Source of the DNA: Macrostomum lignano
Lineage: Eukaryota
Direction of reading: 5' to 3'
DNA: 64,000 bases
Assembly: GCA_002269645.1 (NCBI GenBank)
Contig: NIVC01000061.1
Coordinates: forward strand, 62,001 to 126,000
Numbering within the stretch: the first letter of the stretch is position 1; each line of letters begins with the position of its first letter. Shown here piece by piece: positions 59,201-64,000 of the stretch. The notes beneath the pieces are model-generated. The model did no database searches. It was not told where the DNA came from and saw nothing but the letters and a program-made list of their open reading frames with translations. The translations under genes and the position numbers were made by a program.

Positions 59201-62200
59201 CATCCTAAGACCAATCATTCCATCCTAAGACCAACCATTCCATCCTAAGACCAACCACTCCATCCTAAGACCAACCACTCCATCCTAAGACCAACCTTTT
59301 CTTCCTAAGACCAACTCTTTCTTCCCAAGACCGACTCTTTCATCCTGCAATACTAAGCCTGGTCAGCCAGTTTTACTTTCACTAATTAAAAAAGTTTTAG
59401 AATTAAAAAAAATACTTAAATTGTATAATTGTATTTTAGCTGCTACTAAAACTGGCTTTTAACCTACCATCACATATGTTAATGCTTCTGTTTCAGTCTT
59501 GTCGGAGTCATCAACCGACCGTAAATATTTGATTATACGATTTTTTTAACTTCAACTATCACGTATTACTCGTCCGGCTAATATTAAGTAGTACGAGACG
59601 CATATAAGAGTCTATCACTTTTGTTCCCATATTTTATCCAATGCTTCAATCAATTTTCTATCACTCTGTACCTGTCATTATCGAGTTGGTTGTTGTCTCC
59701 TAAATGGGTTAAAAGTACTTCTTCACTGAGCACTGCATAGTACTGCTACTGATACACCTGCACTACGTTTGCTAGGCACTCAGCCGTTTTTTAGCATTCC
59801 ATTCTGGCATTCAATTTCAGCCAAGCAGCTCAGGTGAATTCTCAGGAGATCATTGCCGACATTGTGCTGTCCTGCTGCCAGCTGCTCTGCTTCCCCTTCG
59901 GGCTGGACTGCGATGAAGAGACTCTGGCCGCTATTGTTCAGTGAGTGCGGTGTGGGATCACTGCTGCTGACATCTGCAGATGGGGTGTGGGGTTACTGCT
60001 GCTGACACCTGCAGATGGGGTGTGGGATCACTGCTGCTGACACCTGCAGATGGGGTGTGGGATCACTGCTGCTGACACCTGCAGATCGGGTGTGGGATCA
60101 CTGCTGCTGACATCTGCAGACTGGGTGTGGGATCACTGCTGCTGACATCTGCAGACTGGGTGTGGGATCACTGCTGCTGACATCTGCAGACTGGGTGTGG
60201 GATCACTGCTGCTGACATCTGCAGACTGGGTGTGGGATCACTGCTGCTGACATCTGGAGATGGGGTCTGGGATCACTGCTGCTGATATCTGCAGATGGGG
60301 TGTGGGATCACTGCTGCTGACATCTGCAGACTGGGTCTGGGATCACTGCTGCTGACATCTGCAGACTGGGTCTGGGATCACTGCTGCTGACATCTGCAGA
60401 TGGGGTGTGGGATCACTGCTGCTGACATCATCACGTTGTGTGCTGGGATCACTGCTGCTGACATCATCACGTTGTGTGCTGGGATCTAACCTTGCCACGC
60501 ACTTCCTATCCCTGCAGCGGCCTAGTGGACAACGGCCTATTCAGCAGCCTGTTTCATGCTCTACTCAAATTCGTGCCCGAGCAGCAGCGCGACGTGCCGC
60601 TGGAGCTGGCCAGCCGGCTGCTGGTCTGCGAGCCGGTGCTTGTCGACACCATGATCGACCTGATCCAGCGGCGTGAGGTCGGTTCAGCCTTAATTCAGCC
60701 ATTGTAACCACTTATATGCAACTATTTTTAACTTTTTAGAAGACAAGACACTTTGCTTTTAAAATACAGCCATAGTTACTCCCGCCGTTTACCCGAGAAT
60801 TTGATAATTGGAAAGAGGTCAAACATTTTCCCTTGCCAGATCGCCAGCCTCCTAGCCGGCATTGTCTACCAGGAGGCTGCTATGCGGCCGAAGTCCGCCG
60901 CCGCTGGCACCGGTCCCATCGAACGGGACGCCACGGCGAGGCGGCAGCACCAGCTGCTGGCCTGCCAGTCCGACTGTCTAGTGATGCTGTCTCACTTGGC
61001 CAGAGTGTCTGACAAGGCTGTGCAGCCTATTCTGCAACTGCTCACGGTGAGCCCAGTGGGTGTGCATGCTTAATGTGAATATATTCGTTGGGTTTTGTTA
61101 CGTGATCACAGTCCGAACCTGTCACGTGACTAAAATATGCTTAAATAATCACGTGACTAAAATCTGCTTACATAGTCACGTGACTCAAGTCTGCTTATAT
61201 AGTCACGTGACTGAAATCTGCTTAAATAATCACGTGACTGAAATCTGCTTAAATAATCACGTGACTAAAGTCTGCTTAAATAGTCACGTGACTTAAGTCT
61301 GCTTATATAGTCACGTGACTAAAATCTTGTTGGTTTGTGTGTGCTTTTACATGTACTTTATACAAAGTGTTATTCTTATTTTCTGTTCAGCCATAGACAT
61401 GCTGTGGAGCTCGCGCTCTACAGGTATGGGCTTGAAGCCAGCGATCGCTAGCTAAAACATACACAAGCGCATAGGAGAGCCAAGAGCTCATATTGAGTTT
61501 CGAACTCACAGTAGTTTGTGTCTCACGACTTCAACTCGATTCAATAAAGAAGCGGAGAACACAACAAATCTGCTTAAATAGTCACGTGACAAAATCGAAT
61601 TCAATCGCAACGTGACTAAAATCCGCTTCAAAAGCCACATGACTTTATGTGTAAATTATAATTCAATCACGTAATCGATTCATCCCACAGTCACGTGACC
61701 CGGACCTGTCCGCATTGTCCCGCCTAATTGGCGAATCGTCCTGGCCTGTGGTGCAGTCGCGAGCGCTGAACCTGCTGGCCAACCTGCTGAAGGCGGGCCC
61801 GGAGTCCACCTGCCAGGCGCTGCTGCGCTGCCCCCGGCCGCTGTCCGAGGCTGTCGGCCTGTTTAGTCGGCCGGGCTCCGACGATACGGCGGTGAAAAAC
61901 GCGCTGCTGGTGTGCAGCAACGCCGCCTTCAACAGCGACAGTCTGTACGCCAAGCTGGAACCGGCCGTGGCGCCCGCCTTGCAGCTGCTGAAGTCCCGCT
62001 CGGCGAAGGTCCGCCTGTGCGCCGCCGCCGCCATCGGCAACTTCGGCCTGCACCCGGGCGGCGGCCTCAACCGGGCGCTCATTGCCGGCAAGGCGGCCGC
62101 GAATCTGCTGGATTGCGCCAGGGCCGACCCGGTGGCCGAGGTTCGCGAGGCCTGCCTGAGCTCCCTGCGCGTTCTCATTGGTCGGCAGCCGGCACTGCTG

Positions 62201-62302
62201 GCCGAGGCCAAGCGGCTGGGATTGTCCCGGCCGCTGCAGACCGACCGGCGCTTGAACGGCCTGCCGCACTCCGCCCAGCTGCTGGCGCTGCTGCAGTCCT
62301 GA
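47293..62302 (+). CDS. STK36: Serine/threonine kinase fused (STK36) with C-terminal HEAT/ARM repeats
   Basis: Exons 47293-47640, 47952-48269, 48543-48807, 50052-50551, 51108-51331, 51403-51627, 52352-52457, 52591-52747, 53799-54142, 54939(alt 54912)-55033, 56513-57100, 59821-59940, 60518-60677, 60840-61046, 61691-62302. Kinase domain [21 protein letters not shown]...VALKFIPK...[11 protein letters not shown]...[30 protein letters not shown] is the STK36/fused signature. LLCFPF and C-terminal [16 protein letters not shown] motifs are present. Confidence 0.95.
47660..47935. repeat. (TCAC)n degenerate microsatellite
   Basis: CACTCACTCACT runs filling STK36 intron 1. Confidence 0.85.
48985..49900. 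repeat. 21-bp C-rich minisatellite CCCCTGCCAGACCCGCTCCCT
   Basis: About 43 copies in STK36 intron 3. Confidence 0.95.
50620..51085. repeat. ~33-bp degenerate minisatellite with CTTAGCAACCAACC core
   Basis: Repeated CCTTAGCAACCAACCTACAGGATTCATAGTTCT in STK36 intron 4. Confidence 0.8.
51660..52310. repeat. 35-bp minisatellite TGATTGGTCAGTGACAGAATCTGCCTGTTGCTCTC (~18 copies)
   Basis: Period 35 (51841, 51876, 51911). Confidence 0.95.
52850..53650. repeat. 30-bp purine-rich minisatellite GTGACAAGGGAGAGGGTGATAAAGGAGAGA
   Basis: About 27 copies. Confidence 0.93.
54215..54780. repeat. 36-37-bp minisatellite CTCATTTTGTAGGGTCTCAAAATCTCATATGAGATC
   Basis: About 15 copies. Confidence 0.9.
55170..56440. 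repeat. 20-bp minisatellite CCCATACC(A/G)TCCC(G/A)AA(G/A)GAC
   Basis: About 60 copies with recurring variant blocks. Confidence 0.93.
57341..59340. repeat. 20-bp minisatellite CATCCTAAGACCAA(C/T)CA(T/C)TC (~100 copies)
   Basis: Strict 20-bp phase; rare CTTCCTTAGA variant at 57801, 58021, 58741 and 58961. Confidence 0.97.
59948..60485. repeat. 35-36-bp minisatellite GGTGTGGGATCACTGCTGCTGACATCTGCAGA(C)TGG
   Basis: About 15 copies starting just after the donor site. Confidence 0.92.
61121..61322. repeat. 27-bp minisatellite (G/A)TCACGTGACTAAAATCTGCTTAAATA (8 copies)
   Basis: Period 27 from 61121 to 61310. Confidence 0.9.
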
Positions 62303-63269
62303 TGGAAGTCACGTGACTTGATTATGCACTGGTGTAAAATTTGGTCACGTGACTTTATTACACCCTGTGTTTAAGTAGTCACGTGACTTTATTGTACAAA
62401 CTGGATGTTCACTTAGTCACGTGACTTGTTTACACCCTGAGCGCATAATTTATAGTCACGCGACTTTATCGTGCGCTGGAAAATCAGTTGTTAGCAGTCT
62501 GTAAAACCCACTGTAAAGTGCGTATCAAGACTAAATCTTGCGCAAATTGTCTGTCAGCTGTTTCCTCTGATGCAACAAGCTGTTTTTGTAACTAGAATTT
62601 AAAGTTAAAAGTAGAAGTCACGGCATTCCGTTCAATGTTAAATCAAGTGTCACGTGACTTTTATTTAGCACAAAAATCTATTTGTAGCGTAAAATTATTC
62701 CTCTGCAGCTACTATAAGTAGTCACGATTTGACTTTGTGCCTTTTTTAAAAAGTAATCAAGTTTAAATTCCAGAAGCGGCAGGTACTACTTACTCCCTGT
62801 TGACTGAGTAGTTTGTTCCGCTTTGTATAAAGCTTTGCTTGATTTATAGTTCTCACCGTGTCCGTCCATTACATCAGCCCGTCCTTAATATCTGCATTCC
62901 AAGCTTTTTGCGATCGGAACCGTCCTGTTAGTTTTGGAATTGAACACCAAATTCATGCACTTTTTACCCGTACAAGCCGCTTTTCTGACAATTTTTCTGA
63001 CCTAATTTTCTACCTTACCTGCGACACCGCGTATCACGAATGATTTCGTCCATTTTGCATGCGTTATTATTGTTTAATTTAAATATATTATTGTCTGAAA
63101 AGTACAGTTTCAAAGCATTCGCTAATTTTAGTTATGAATATTTATGATTTATAATATAACCGGGTCAATGTTTCTGCCTTTATCTTGTTTACGTACGTGG
63201 CTATTTTGTTTCTATGGTGACCTTGTTGGCATTAGTTTCTCTAGTTTCCTAGAGGCATCTGATTTTGAA

Positions 63270-64000
63270 CATGGTTGCATTTGGTTTCTATGGTTACCGT
63301 GTGGTTCCATTTGGTTTCTATGGTTACCGTATGGTTGCATTTGGTTTCTATGGTTACCGTATGGTTGCATTTGGTTTCTATGGTTACTGTATGGTTCCAT
63401 TTGTCTTCTATGGTTACCGTATGGTTGCATTTGGTTTCTATGGTTACTGTATGGTTGCATATTTGGTTTATATGGTTACTGTATGGTTGCATTTCGTTTC
63501 TATGGTTACCGTGTGGTTGCATATTTGGTTTCTATGGTTACCGTATGGTTACATTTGGTTTCTATGGTTACCGTATGGTTGCATTTGGTTTCTATGGTTA
63601 CCGTATGGTTGCATTTGGTTTCTGTGGTTACCGTGTGGTTGCATTTGGTTTCTATGGTTACCGTATGGTTGCATTTGGTTTCTGTGGTTACCGTGTGGTT
63701 GCATTTGGTTTCTGTGGTTACCGTGTGGTTGCATTTGGTTTCTATGGTTACTGTATGGTTGCATTTCGTTTCTATGGTTACCGTATGGTTGCATTTCGTT
63801 TCTATGGTTACCGTGTGGTTGCATTTCGTTTCTATGGTTACTGTATGGTTGCATTTCGTTTCTTTGGTTACCGTGTGGTTGCATTTCGTTTCTATGGTTA
63901 CTGTATGGTTGCATTTGGTTTCTGTGGTTACCGTGTGGTTGTATTTCGTTTCTATGGTTACCGTATGGTTGCATTTCGTTTCTATGGTTACTGTATGGTT
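63270..64000. repeat. 30-bp minisatellite TTGCATTTGGTTTCTATGGTTACCGTATGG (runs off the window end)
   Basis: About 24 copies in window. Confidence 0.95.

Overview
Eukaryotic (metazoan) genomic DNA. GC-rich exons, minisatellite-filled introns and gene content suggest a macrostomid flatworm such as Macrostomum; this is an inference. The window has two very different halves. (1) 1-17346 (+): the 3' ~3,900 codons (29 exons in window, 5' end upstream) of a giant, probably extracellular, Arg/Lys-rich multidomain protein. Domain order: hemicentin-type vWA, follistatin-N-like Cys motifs whose loops carry 13-371 aa polycationic inserts, Arg-rich furin-like Cys repeats, ShKT, vWD-C8-TIL, vWA, 5 cbEGF, vWA, an unassigned 8-Cys module x3 with one FN2, Ser tail. 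It resembles flatworm K/R-rich adhesive proteins. Its frame is broken at three places that look like long-read indels. Next come a small EF-hand gene (-), a tRNA/CORE-type SINE, a secreted C-type lectin-PAN gene (-), a hammerhead-like Penelope-type motif, a decayed Crypton-like tyrosine recombinase with an adjacent inverted repeat, and an extremely AT-rich block enriched in TAGGCCTA. (2) 30007-64000 (+): an ATP8A-type P4-ATPase (13 exons found, exon 1 not found) and STK36/fused (15 exons). Most of their introns carry a different minisatellite. One array duplicates an exon end plus 5' splice site 18 times, and several are built around RFX X-box, CCAAT/NF-Y, E-box or Forkhead-like motifs. No rRNA, true tRNA or CRISPR array was found. 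Exon boundaries were read by hand from GT/AG sites and protein continuity.
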